DNA from: Escherichia coli
GTDB lineage: Bacteria > Pseudomonadota > Gammaproteobacteria > Enterobacterales > Enterobacteriaceae
Length of the DNA stretch: 64,000 bases
Reading direction: 5' to 3' (one strand)
Assembly (NCBI RefSeq): GCF_016026235.1
Contig: NZ_CP065613.1
Within the stretch, counting starts at the first letter, position 1. Each line of letters starts with the position of its first letter. Both the position numbers and the translations under genes were made by a program. The notes under the pieces are model-generated. The model was not told where the DNA came from. It saw only the letters and a list, made by a program, of their open reading frames with translations, and searched no databases. Of the stretch, positions 1 through 10,119 are shown one piece after another.

Positions 1-694
1 TATAAAGATAAAAATGCCCTTCATGTTGTGCATTTTTATCTCGACCCAGCAGGCCTTCACCTAAATAAATTGCTGTCGTTGATGCTTTTGTGCCTGAGTC
101 CGACACCTTTTCCCAGCCATTACCAACATTGTAATAATGATTGCCCAGTACCCGGCAAATATAGGTCCAGCCACGGGAGCGGAGCTGTTGGAACCATCGC
201 CCCTGAAAACCGGCATCTGTAATAACAATGACATCAGTCCCGGGGGAAAAGCACTCAGCAAGCGATTCCAGAAAACGCTCATGTACATCTGCATTCGCTG
301 TCTGTGATGATGGAACGACACAACTCATCAACGGTAAAGAACGCCCGTCACATGCCAGGCTTGCCCGCAAAAGCTGAAAACGAGAGGCATGATAAGCACT
401 CCAGTCAATGAGTATCACAACACGAGACATTCCCCGCGTAATCTTTTGGGTAATTCGCTGAAAAATGGTGGAAACCTCATTTTGCAAATGTCGATTCCCC
501 AACAGTCGATCCACCCGCTTTATTTTGTTTTTAACTGATGCCGTACCGGTTAAATGACGCCCGATACTGGTAAGTGTGAGGGAAGCGCCATTTATTACAG
601 CATTAGTTGCGTCAATCAGTGATTTTTGACGGTAAAGATGCAAAGGGGCCAGTATGTTGTTAAGGAAATTTTGGCATAATGAACGTGCAGGCAT
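1..694 (-). CDS. IS4-family (IS10-like) transposase, N-terminal 231 codons; gene continues past window start
   Basis: Manual translation of minus strand from ATG at 694 gives an open frame to position 1; N-terminus aligns residue-for-residue in length and motif pattern with recalled IS10 transposase (IKRxDRLLGNRHL, VxLxDWS, DAGF). Not in ORF track because stop lies outside window. Confidence 0.6.
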   Translation of the reverse strand, partial: MPARSLCQNFLNNILAPLHLYRQKSLIDATNAVINGASLTLTSIGRHLTGTASVKNKIKRVDRLLGNRHLQNEVSTIFQRITQKITRGMSRVVILIDWSAYHASRFQLLRASLACDGRSLPLMSCVVPSSQTANADVHERFLESLAECFSPGTDVIVITDAGFQGRWFQQLRSRGWTYICRVLGNHYYNVGNGWEKVSDSGTKASTTAIYLGEGLLGRDKNAQHEGHFYLY

Positions 695-880
695 AGTGGT
701 GATCTCCTTGAAATTGTTAGCACAATCAATTAGATCACATCTCACTATGCCTGTCTTGTTTTCTGGGGATTCCTCAGGGGTGTTCCCTCCTCCGGTTCGC
801 TGTTCTGGTGCTGTTTATCTTCAGTCTGTCGCACTTCATTTTCCGTTTTTTTGACTTCATTTGAGGAGATATGATGACCG
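1..880 (-). mobile_element. IS4-family insertion sequence, partial; inner end somewhere in 745-880
   Basis: Transposase gene above; terminal inverted repeat not identified, so boundary is approximate. Confidence 0.4.
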
Positions 881-2352
881 GGAATCCATTTCGGATCATT
901 CGGGTCGCTAATCCCTTCAACAAATTCTCCGCGAGAGGCAGCCAGTAATTTGTCTGCATCGACAGGATTTTTGGGCGGAATGTTTTTCCGGGCTTCATGG
1001 AGTTCTGCCCGCAGTTCCTGATATTTCTCATCAACAGCATTTACCTGTGACTGAGCATCCAGCGGCTGCGTGTCCTGATGATGTTCAGTTGCATCCGGTT
1101 CCACTGTTTCAGCCGTTGCCTGTTCATCTGCCATTGCGCAAGATGGTTGCGGTTTTTCTTCATCATCCTGTTTTCCTTCTTCTGTTACTCGCTGCGGCAT
1201 CGGGGCAGAGGAGCGACCGCAGGCAATATCCACGATTTCCGGATCAGGGTTGGCATGATCGGTTTCAGTCAGTACCTTGTTCAGATATTCAGTGACGTGC
1301 GCGGGGATGACCTCGATACCAATCGGTGCTTCTTTCACTGACGCAACCACGATGGCGCGGGAATAATCCATCCCGCCAGGCATGGTGATGAATTTGTCGC
1401 GGAAAACAGAAAAGGGCGGTTTATTTTCAGTGATAATTTCCTCAATGCGTTTAGCGTGTGCCGGATGAAGATTATAAATATCCACGTCCATTGAACGGGC
1501 CAGTACGCCAGTGGCTACGTCGCGCGCCAGCGACGTCAGATCGTGGACGAAACCTTCGCCGCGATCGGTGAGGTTCCCGCCGCCAGCATTAGCACCGGAA
1601 GCCGTGCGAGTGATACGCGAAACACGATTTCCTTTCATCCACTCTTTTGTCAGCAGACCGCGATCGGTGTAGTTGGCATCCAGATATGCTTCGAAAAAAG
1701 CAGTCATCAGTCCCAGATTTGAATTGCCAGGATTAGGGAAAACTTTGTCAGTATCACGCACGAGTTTGTGGAGGTCGCGAATCTCCAGCGGGTCGAGCAG
1801 ACTGGTTTTATGCGAAACAGCCAGAGCAGTAACAGCCGGTAGTTCTTCATCCCGAGCAATGTGTAATGCCTGGAGTTCGTCGCGTGAAACGTGCGTTACC
1901 GGTTTTTCGCTGCCGTGTTGCGCAAGCCAACGAATGGGCAGTTCCTGACCGGAAACTGGCAGGAGCATGTTCTCCTCAATTTCTGTCATGTCTTCGCCGT
2001 TGACGTTGGTATTGTCAGTGCTGGCTGGTTTGTCCTGAACAGAGGGAGAAGATGCGATAAATACCATTGTGATGCCATCTTCCCCGCCTTTTTCGTAACG
2101 GTTGCAGAATTCCGTATCAAACACGCCTTCTGGTGGGAGGTCATCAACAACGGGCAAATTGACGCGAACAGGTTTTTTAAAGTCATCTTCATCGTAGCCA
2201 GCATCGTCAATCGCAACAGCACCACGGGAGATGGCAATGGATAATTTTTTCGCTTCAGCCCAGTAAAAACCGCCTTTAATACCGAGGCGTTTTCTTACTT
2301 TGTCATTTTTTGCTTCGTAATACAGTGGGTAAACTTGTTTATCGGTGCTCAT
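745..2352 (-). CDS. recE: RecE-like exonuclease VIII, N-terminal region (about 535 aa); C-terminal nuclease domain absent, 3' end apparently read into IS-proximal sequence
   Basis: 535-aa ORF in the Rac-like leftward recombination operon; sequence resembles recalled RecE N-terminal/central region; full RecE is about 866 aa. Confidence 0.45.
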   Translation of the reverse strand: MSTDKQVYPLYYEAKNDKVRKRLGIKGGFYWAEAKKLSIAISRGAVAIDDAGYDEDDFKKPVRVNLPVVDDLPPEGVFDTEFCNRYEKGGEDGITMVFIASSPSVQDKPASTDNTNVNGEDMTEIEENMLLPVSGQELPIRWLAQHGSEKPVTHVSRDELQALHIARDEELPAVTALAVSHKTSLLDPLEIRDLHKLVRDTDKVFPNPGNSNLGLMTAFFEAYLDANYTDRGLLTKEWMKGNRVSRITRTASGANAGGGNLTDRGEGFVHDLTSLARDVATGVLARSMDVDIYNLHPAHAKRIEEIITENKPPFSVFRDKFITMPGGMDYSRAIVVASVKEAPIGIEVIPAHVTEYLNKVLTETDHANPDPEIVDIACGRSSAPMPQRVTEEGKQDDEEKPQPSCAMADEQATAETVEPDATEHHQDTQPLDAQSQVNAVDEKYQELRAELHEARKNIPPKNPVDADKLLAASRGEFVEGISDPNDPKWIPGHHISSNEVKKTENEVRQTEDKQHQNSEPEEGTPLRNPQKTRQA

Positions 2353-2375
2353 TGTTTTTTAACCTCAACTCATAT

Positions 2376-2672
2376 TCAGATTGCATAAAAGAAACGAACT
2401 GATGATGCGATATGAGAGAGTTCTTTCAGTCGTTGATAACTGATACCGTATTTCTTGTCAGCCTCTTCAATGCGAGCTGTGAGTAATGCAATTTCTTTAA
2501 TGGCACATACACAACAATCAAATGTTCCCAGAACGTAACCGTCATCAATAATTACCGTGACGTTTTCTTTTTGGGAAATCTGAATGAAACTATGTAATGT
2601 ATTCCCACATTTAAATTCGGCGAGAGAATCGTTAATAACATCAAGTTCAATTTCACATTCAATAATGCTCAT
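2376..2672 (-). CDS. hypothetical protein (RacC-like position), 98 aa
   Basis: ORF track 2376..2720; internal ATG at 2672 preceded by AAGGAA Shine-Dalgarno; immediately upstream of recE-like gene. Confidence 0.45.
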   Translation of the reverse strand: MSIIECEIELDVINDSLAEFKCGNTLHSFIQISQKENVTVIIDDGYVLGTFDCCVCAIKEIALLTARIEEADKKYGISYQRLKELSHIASSVRFFYAI

Positions 2673-2746
2673 TGCTGTTTCCTTTTTTAAGGTTGAGTGA
2701 ATCCCTGCCATTGCTGGCATAAATTCAGTTTCGAATATTCAGTTAA

Positions 2747-3034
2747 TTAAAGTTCGTGTGCCATCTTGTCTTTTTCGGCACAAGCTGCACTGCAATATTT
2801 TCGTTTCTTTCTGGCAATCATGTTTCCATGCATATAAATAAGCTCGCCAGTAAAAGCTTTTTCAGGTAAAAACTGTTTATTGCAGAGATGGTAATCACAT
2901 TGTATTAAATCCAGGTCACCTTTTTGCTGGAGAATTTTTCTGATTCTCCACAGCCATTTTTTAATCCCGGTATGACTGATGGTCTGCCTGAGGGCAGGTG
3001 TAAAACAATAATCAAGCATGGGGTTCATATCCAT
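2747..3034 (-). CDS. hypothetical small Cys-containing protein
   Basis: 95-aa ORF in operon context; no family recognised. Confidence 0.3.
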   Translation of the reverse strand: MDMNPMLDYCFTPALRQTISHTGIKKWLWRIRKILQQKGDLDLIQCDYHLCNKQFLPEKAFTGELIYMHGNMIARKKRKYCSAACAEKDKMAHEL

Positions 3035-3044
3035 AGCTCCATTT

Positions 3045-3590
3045 TTATTTTAAGGAAAGCAACTGCTCTACGGTCATGTTTTTAATTGCGCCCCGGTTTA
3101 CAAGAGTCCAGCCCTGTTTTTCCAGATAAAACCGGAAAGTCTCCAGGGTACAGACCAGTGCGCCATCAGGAACGGTTTCGGTGAATTCGACATTGCCGAA
3201 TTTGTCGAAGTGAACAACCAGAGTGCGACCATCACCCGGAATCATCTTGTCAGCAGGTGGGGTGTTATTCTGGCGCAGTTCGGCCTCCATGCGGTCGAAC
3301 TCAGCAATGTAGGCTTCCTTGAATGTGGCGGCTTTTTTGCCCGTGAAGCCCATCACCAGGAAAACGAAGCCGTTTTTGGTGATTTGGTAGGCGTTATAAG
3401 AATTGCCGCGGTGTTCGAATTTAACCCGCGAAAAGTTGCTGGTTAAAAATAGTTCAGAACATTCGAGGGATTCTATTTTTTGAACAACATGGTGATGCTG
3501 CTTGCCAAAAAACTCAGCAATCGAAATAGAAGTAGTGACGGCGCGACCATTTTCGATGGTTACGTCAGGGTGAGAAAGGGTAGTAGCCAT
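3045..3590 (-). CDS. Rha-family phage regulatory protein
   Basis: Rha-like N-terminal domain from MATTLSHPDVTIENGRAVTTSISIAEFFGK; ATG at 3590. The 98-codon in-frame extension up to 3884 is low-complexity and contains a terminator, so not taken as coding. Confidence 0.55.
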   Translation of the reverse strand: MATTLSHPDVTIENGRAVTTSISIAEFFGKQHHHVVQKIESLECSELFLTSNFSRVKFEHRGNSYNAYQITKNGFVFLVMGFTGKKAATFKEAYIAEFDRMEAELRQNNTPPADKMIPGDGRTLVVHFDKFGNVEFTETVPDGALVCTLETFRFYLEKQGWTLVNRGAIKNMTVEQLLSLK

Positions 3591-3754
3591 AATGACATCC
3601 TCAAGTGATAAGTTAATTAACTCACCAGCAGAGGTGCTAATCTCATGGGTGGTGAGACGCACAGGGTTAGCACTACCGGTCACTCGAGAACCCGGCCAGC
3701 CTTGCGGCTGCCCCGCACGCCTCACCATAATTTGAATGTGGCTGTGCATTACGC

Positions 3755-3781
3755 ATAAAAAAACCGCTTCAGCGCGGTTAT
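3755..3781 (-). terminator. Rho-independent terminator (minus strand)
   Basis: Minus-strand hairpin AACCGC-GCTGAA-GCGGTT followed by TTTTTTT. Confidence 0.4.
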
Positions 3782-3905
3782 GCGCTCGAGTAACTTTCGG
3801 GGTGCTAATCCCGGCACCCGTTTTATGAGGTGCAGGTGCACTATAATTCCACCCGTTCTGGTTTTCAATAGCTACATTCAACATTTTCTCTTTCCTTTCA
3901 TCACC

Positions 3906-4060
3906 GAAGTGAATTTTGTGATGCGGTGCCTGGTGCCTCCAGGTGACGTTAACCAGTTAACAATTACAGTCGGCTTTCCCACCCAAAACAATAAGGACTA
4001 ACATGACTTTTAACTGTGCCGCGTGCGCTTAGCCGCATTCACCGCATCACAAAATTCACT
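3906..4060. repeat. Perfect 22-bp inverted repeat pair (3906-3927 and 4039-4060) flanking 111 bp
   Basis: AAGTGAATTTTGTGATGCGGTG at 3906-3927 and its exact reverse complement at 4039-4060; encloses palindrome GTTAACCAGTTAAC. Confidence 0.7.
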
Positions 4061-4291
4061 TTAAAAAGGGCGGACATCAGCCAGCAATTAAACCGATGCC
4101 GCCAACTGGTACTTCACACAGCAATGTCGTTATTTACAACCGGAAGCGCACTCCCACCATTTAAATTTCACAGACAAGACCGACTCTTTATGAATACCGG
4201 AAATGCGCCTTCGTGTTGTGCCCGGTTTTATTTCACCACCTCCGGGCTTTGGTGGTATCTTTACTGAAGTTCTCACACAACCAGTAAGGAA

Positions 4292-4615
4292 ATGAATATG
4301 CCAACGTATCTCGCCAGAGTAGAACTATATAATGCTGAGCCAGAGGATTACGAAGGGCTTCATAAATATATGCTCTCACTAGGATTCAGGAGAACGATCC
4401 CCCATGGAGATGGTTCGTATAATCAACTCCCGGACGGAACTTATGTTTCCGAAAAGGGCGGTGATATTTATCAAATTCGCAGCCAGATATCTGACTATGC
4501 AGACCGACTATCCGGGTATCGCGCGTCTGTTTTGTTTGCGAATTCAGTCAATGCGCATGGTATTTATACCCCGCCAAGACCCGGTGAATATCCTGCACGG
4601 CCTTCTGCTTTGTAG
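4292..4615 (+). CDS. hypothetical protein
   Basis: 107-aa ORF with AAGGAA Shine-Dalgarno before ATG. Confidence 0.4.
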   Translation: MNMPTYLARVELYNAEPEDYEGLHKYMLSLGFRRTIPHGDGSYNQLPDGTYVSEKGGDIYQIRSQISDYADRLSGYRASVLFANSVNAHGIYTPPRPGEYPARPSAL

Positions 4616-4767
4616 AAGGCTTCTTCGCTATCATAATCGCCAGATTCCAGCGCTTCTTTAGCCAGCCAGATGCGTGCCCCAGTGCCTGCATTTGGCTCCA
4701 GTTGCTGGAGGCGTTTTGCATCTTCTAGGAGTAGAGCGATAACGTGTTTTAATTCTGTCTCGTTCAT
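4564..4767 (-). CDS. hypothetical small protein (67 aa)
   Basis: ATG at 4767 preceded by AGGTGAG; track start at 4776 is a GTG. Confidence 0.35.
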   Translation of the reverse strand: MNETELKHVIALLLEDAKRLQQLEPNAGTGARIWLAKEALESGDYDSEEAFYKAEGRAGYSPGLGGV

Positions 4768-4768
4768 T

Positions 4769-4924
4769 TTACTCACCTGAATGTCTTCCCAACCAACGAC
4801 GTGCGCCAGCTTCGGTTTTAAACGTTTTGCTTTTGGTATACGTCATGGCGGTGAATGTGCCGTCTTGATTGGGAAACACGCCACATACCAGAGATTCGTT
4901 GTTGCCAAGATCGATAGTATTCAT
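4769..4924 (-). CDS. small prophage protein (YdaG-like), 52 aa; alternative start at 4987
   Basis: ATG at 4924 with AGGGGA upstream; immediately downstream of repressor gene as ydaF/ydaG are in Rac. Confidence 0.4.
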   Translation of the reverse strand: MNTIDLGNNESLVCGVFPNQDGTFTAMTYTKSKTFKTEAGARRWLGRHSGE

Positions 4925-5229
4925 GTTGACCCCATTTCCCCTTAACGCCGGGTGGCGGAACGTTTTATCTACTGCGCTTTGTATCAATCAACAACTGCCG
5001 TCATGTTCGTATGCCTCAGGCTGGCTACTTAGCCCTGTTCAGTGACTGGATAACTCGAGGTATTGTCCTGCCGTTCTCTGGTGGGGCGTTGTTTGGATAT
5101 GCTTATTAAACACAATTTGTTTTCTTATGTCAACACGTAATGTGTTTTATGGTGGGTGTCATATGATGATGCTACAAAAAAGCCCGCTGATAGCGGGCTG
5201 ATTGGCATATTACTGTGATAGCAAGATCA

Positions 5230-5649
5230 TTATTCCGGTGGGGGATTATCTTTAATCCTGCCTCTCAAATATTTTTCTACATACTCATCGATTTCTTTTA
5301 GCCGGACTTCAAATAGCTCAATCATTCGTTGTTGTTCTGAGCCCGGTAGCTGGTTAAACAACTCAAGAAGTTTTCGTTGGGATTCATTTAACCACAATTC
5401 AGAAGATTCCTGTTCTCCAAAGAGGAGCTCAGGAGGAGATATGCCAAGTGCCTTTCCCAATACGACAGCGTCATGTACTCCAACATTTCTGCTGCCCGCC
5501 TCATAGTTACCTATACGCGATTGCGTCCATCCGCAGATTTCAGCAAGTTTTCCTTGAGATAAACCAAGCTTCTGCCTGCGCTCTTTAAGACGCATTGCAA
5601 TTTTGTCATTGAGCCTACTAGCGGCAATTTTTTCGTTTTCTTTTTCCAT
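5230..5649 (-). CDS. HTH (XRE-family) prophage repressor, cI/RacR-like; no S24 peptidase domain
   Basis: HTH motif LGLSQGKLAEICGWTQSRIGNYE; divergent from cro-like gene; AAGGA Shine-Dalgarno. Confidence 0.7.
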   Translation of the reverse strand: MEKENEKIAASRLNDKIAMRLKERRQKLGLSQGKLAEICGWTQSRIGNYEAGSRNVGVHDAVVLGKALGISPPELLFGEQESSELWLNESQRKLLELFNQLPGSEQQRMIELFEVRLKEIDEYVEKYLRGRIKDNPPPE

Positions 5650-5660
5650 TGCATCCTTGT

Positions 5661-5721
5661 ATCACGAATCGTGATTTACATAAAACACAAAACAGCTTGA
5701 CTATATAACACAAGGTGTGTT
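5661..5721. promoter_or_regulatory. Immunity-region operators and divergent promoters
   Basis: Perfect palindrome ATCACGAATCGTGAT (5661-5675); inverted repeat AACACA-agg-TGTGTT (5707-5721) overlapping a TTGACT -35-like hexamer (5697-5702) upstream of the cro-like gene. Confidence 0.45.
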
Positions 5722-5745
5722 TAAAATTGTCATCGGAGGTTTTCA

Positions 5746-5988
5746 ATGAACAAAATTTCAACATATCGAAAACAGCTTGGGCTGTCTCAAAGACAACTTG
5801 CTGTTCAGTTAGGGTGGATACAAAGCCGACTGGCAAATTACGAAGCAAATTTTCGTACCCCTGGACTAGAGGAGTGCAGAAAAATTGTTTCTACCCTTAA
5901 TCGGCTTGGCGCTCATTGTGGACTTGACGATGTATTCCCCCCAGACGGTAAGCATAGCGAAAACAGCATAGGAGCGGTTGATTCATGA
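5746..5988 (+). CDS. Cro/YdaS-like HTH regulator
   Basis: HTH LGLSQRQLAVQLGWIQSRLANYE; GGAGG Shine-Dalgarno; divergent from repressor. Confidence 0.65.
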   Translation: MNKISTYRKQLGLSQRQLAVQLGWIQSRLANYEANFRTPGLEECRKIVSTLNRLGAHCGLDDVFPPDGKHSENSIGAVDS

Positions 5989-6407
5989 AAATCAGGCATG
6001 AGCACATCGAATCAGTGTTGTTAGCCCTGGCAGCCGAAAAAGGGCAGGCGTGGGTCGCTAACGCAATTACTGAAGAATATCTGCGCCAGGGGGGAGGTGA
6101 ATTGTCTCTGACACCAGGCAAGGACTGGAATAATCAGCAGAACATCTATCATCGTTGGTTAAAAGGTGAAACGAAAGCGCAAAGGGAAAAAATTCAGAAA
6201 CTGATCCCTGCGGTTCTGGCAATTCTTCCGCGCGAGCTGCGTCACCGACTCTGCATCTTCGATACCCTGGAACGCCGTGCATTACTGGCGGCGCAGGAAG
6301 CGTTGAGTACGGCAATTGATGCGCATGATGATGCAGTCCAGGCCGTTTACCGGAAAGCGCATTTCAGCGGCGGCGGGTCTTCCGACGATTCTGTCATTGT
6401 TCATTAA
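5985..6407 (+). CDS. YdaT-like prophage protein
   Basis: 140 aa, same length and position as Rac YdaT; start overlaps cro-like stop. Confidence 0.5.
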   Translation: MKIRHEHIESVLLALAAEKGQAWVANAITEEYLRQGGGELSLTPGKDWNNQQNIYHRWLKGETKAQREKIQKLIPAVLAILPRELRHRLCIFDTLERRALLAAQEALSTAIDAHDDAVQAVYRKAHFSGGGSSDDSVIVH

Positions 6408-6470
6408 GCAAAAGTTTCCATGCTGTTTGTGCTTATTCTAAGCAACCGGGCAGCATCATACGGGGCAATT

Positions 6471-7619
6471 ATGGCCGCATTACCATACATGCAACTGTAC
6501 ATAGCTGATTACCTGGCTGACACCATGCATTTGTCAGCAGAGGAGCACGGCGCGTATTTGTTGCTGATGTTCAATTACTGGCAAACAGGAAAGCCAATAC
6601 CCAAAAACAGGTTGGCAAAAATTGCCCGTCTGACTAACGAGCGATGGGTTGATGTTGAACCATCCTTGCGGGAGTTTTTTTGTGATAACGGCGACGAATG
6701 GATGCATCTTCGGATTGAGGAAGATCTGGCATCTGTCAGAGAAAAATTAACCAAAAAATCAGCCGCAGGAAAAGCATCTGTTCAGGCCAGAAGAAGCAGA
6801 AAGGAAGCAGATGTTCAAACAAAACAAGAGAGAAATTTAACAGGTGTTCAAACAGATGTTGGAGTGATGTTCGAACATGATGCCAACACAAAGGCAACTA
6901 ATAAAGATACAGATAAAGATCTAAAAACAGATCTAACCCATCCCAAACCCTTCCCTTCCGGAAGGGAGTTTCGGGATTTTGTGGCTGGAGTGCTTGAGGG
7001 GAGATTATCTGGCGGTACTGCAGCGGAATTTTGTAATTCTGCGGTGGTTGCGTTGCAGGCTGCTGGCCTGGATGTCTGTCGTGAGTATCCGGTGCCAGAG
7101 CGTGGTGACGGTTGCGGAGGGCGGATTGATATCGTCGTGACTGACAGGAACGGTGTCCGGTGTGGGATCGAGCTTGACCGAAATTCTCCGCGACAGAAAT
7201 CACTGCTCAAAATCGGTGCTGTTGAAACCGGGATATGTGTCTTGCGGCGCAGTGATATCGCAAGGCACACCGAGCAGGGAATTCTGGTTATCGGTGGGGC
7301 TGTTCGCCAGAAAAAATTTGACCCGTTGTCAGTTGATCTGCCCGACTGGTTGCCAGAAACACTCTGGCATGAGTGGGTCCAGTTCAGGCAGGCATTGCGA
7401 AAACCGATTCGAACGGAGCAGGGCGCTAACGGGGCGATACGGGAACTGGAAAAATTCCGTCAGCAGGGTTTTACACCTGAGCAGGTGATTCGACACAGCA
7501 TCGCCAATGAATACCAGGGTCTGTTCGCGCCGAAAGGTGTTCGGCCTGAGACGTTGCTCCGACAGGTTAACACCGTCTCGTTGCCGGACAGTGCGATCCC
7601 GCCAGGCTTCAGGGGGTAA
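6471..7619 (+). CDS. Replication initiation protein (DUF1376/YdaU-like) with extended central region
   Basis: N-terminal YMQLYIADYLADTMHLSAEEHGAYLLLMFNYW resembles DUF1376; ATG at 6471 chosen over track start 6420. Confidence 0.55.
   Translation: MAALPYMQLYIADYLADTMHLSAEEHGAYLLLMFNYWQTGKPIPKNRLAKIARLTNERWVDVEPSLREFFCDNGDEWMHLRIEEDLASVREKLTKKSAAGKASVQARRSRKEADVQTKQERNLTGVQTDVGVMFEHDANTKATNKDTDKDLKTDLTHPKPFPSGREFRDFVAGVLEGRLSGGTAAEFCNSAVVALQAAGLDVCREYPVPERGDGCGGRIDIVVTDRNGVRCGIELDRNSPRQKSLLKIGAVETGICVLRRSDIARHTEQGILVIGGAVRQKKFDPLSVDLPDWLPETLWHEWVQFRQALRKPIRTEQGANGAIRELEKFRQQGFTPEQVIRHSIANEYQGLFAPKGVRPETLLRQVNTVSLPDSAIPPGFRG
6811..6935. repeat. Iteron-like repeats plus AT-rich tract inside replication gene (putative ori)
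   Basis: ATGTTCAAAC (6811), GTGTTCAAAC (6845), ATGTTCGAAC (6867) followed by AT-rich AATAAAGATACAGATAAAGATCTAAAAACAGATC. Confidence 0.4.
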
Positions 7620-7625
7620 CAGACC

Positions 7626-8372
7626 ATGAAAAATATTGCGACAGGAGGCGTTCTGGAGCGTATCCGCAGACTGACCCCACCACATGTAACCGCCCCATTC
7701 AGAACGGTTGCGGAGTGGCGCGAGTGGCAACTTGCTGAAGGCCAGAAACGTTGCGAGGAGATCAACCGCCTGAATCGTCAGTTGCGGGTGGAAAAAATCC
7801 TGAACCGCTCCGGCATCCAGCCGTTGCACCGGAAGTGTTCGTTTGCGAATTACCGGGCGCAGAACGACGGTCAGCGACATGCACTGAGTCAGGCGAAATC
7901 CATAGCTGACGAACTGATGACAGGCTGTACGAATTTTGTGTTCAGCGGTAAGCCCGGCACCGGAAAAAATCATCTTGCAGCCGCGATTGGCAACCGGCTG
8001 ATGGCGAAGGGGCGTAGCGTGATTATCGTCACCGTGTCCGATGTCATGAGCGTGTTGCATGAGAGCTACGACAACGGCAAATCCGGTGAAAAATTTTTAC
8101 AGGAGCTTTGTGGTGTTGACCTGCTGGTCCTGGATGAAATTGGCATGCAGCGGGATACGAAAAACGAGCAGGTGGTACTGAACCAGATTGTTGATCGCCG
8201 GACGGCATCGTTACGCGGTGTGGGGATGCTGACAAATATTAACCATGCAGCGATGAATACACTTCTCGGCGAGCGGGTGATGGATCGCATGGTCATGAAC
8301 GGCGGGCGCTGGGTGAATTTTAACTGGGAGAGCTGGCGTCCGAATGTTAGCCATTCGAGGGTTGTTAAGTAG
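7626..8372 (+). CDS. DnaC-like helicase loader (IstB-like AAA+ ATPase)
   Basis: Walker A GKPGTGKNHLAAAIG, Walker B LLVLDEIG; follows initiator gene. Confidence 0.75.
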   Translation: MKNIATGGVLERIRRLTPPHVTAPFRTVAEWREWQLAEGQKRCEEINRLNRQLRVEKILNRSGIQPLHRKCSFANYRAQNDGQRHALSQAKSIADELMTGCTNFVFSGKPGTGKNHLAAAIGNRLMAKGRSVIIVTVSDVMSVLHESYDNGKSGEKFLQELCGVDLLVLDEIGMQRDTKNEQVVLNQIVDRRTASLRGVGMLTNINHAAMNTLLGERVMDRMVMNGGRWVNFNWESWRPNVSHSRVVK

Positions 8373-8386
8373 TTTCAGGAGGATTT

Positions 8387-8809
8387 ATGGCGAAACCTTT
8401 TACTCCCGAACAGCGGGAAGAACTGAAGACGCGAATTGTGGAACTCGTGCATCAGGACGGTCGGGTCACGATTCGGCAGTTGTCAGATGAAACAGGTATC
8501 AGTCGTGCGTCTGTCGGTCGCTTATGCATGGAACTGGTCGCAAGTGGTGATGTATATAATTCTGGCTACGGGGTATTTCCCTCTGAACAGGCTCATAAAG
8601 ACTGGCAAAACGCCCGCAAAAAGCTATCGAGGGTAAAGGTGAAGAAACCGGTTGTGGTTGATCCTGACCTTATCTGGTCATTACCAGACGGAGAAATACG
8701 CCGCTACGACAGGCGCCTGAATATAATCTGTCGCGAGTGCCGGAAGAGCGAAGCTATGCAGCGCGTGCTGGCGTTTTATCAGGGGAAATTTCAGGAGGCG
8801 GTACTGTGA
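8387..8809 (+). CDS. hypothetical prophage protein (possible winged-helix)
   Basis: 140-aa ORF directly after dnaC-like gene. Confidence 0.45.
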   Translation: MAKPFTPEQREELKTRIVELVHQDGRVTIRQLSDETGISRASVGRLCMELVASGDVYNSGYGVFPSEQAHKDWQNARKKLSRVKVKKPVVVDPDLIWSLPDGEIRRYDRRLNIICRECRKSEAMQRVLAFYQGKFQEAVL

Positions 8810-8852
8810 GTAAAATTAGCTATGAAGTGGTCAACAAAAACTGGCCACCGAG

Positions 8853-10000
<1,148 letters not shown>

Positions 10001-10119
10001 TATGGCACCTGTGTTGTTCTGAGGTGAGCATATCACCTCTGTTCAGGTGGCCAAATTCAGTAAACCACTTCACTATCAGGCTTCAATTACCGCTGGTATT
10101 CGCATCAAAGGAGAGGAGC

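Noticed and set aside
3591-3884. 98-codon N-terminal extension of the Rha ORF in the ORF track
   Set aside because: Low-complexity translation, contains a terminator hairpin, and the Rha domain begins at the internal ATG at 3590.
7329-8060. 243-aa minus-strand ORF
   Set aside because: Antisense to the DnaC-like gene and the 3' end of the initiator gene.
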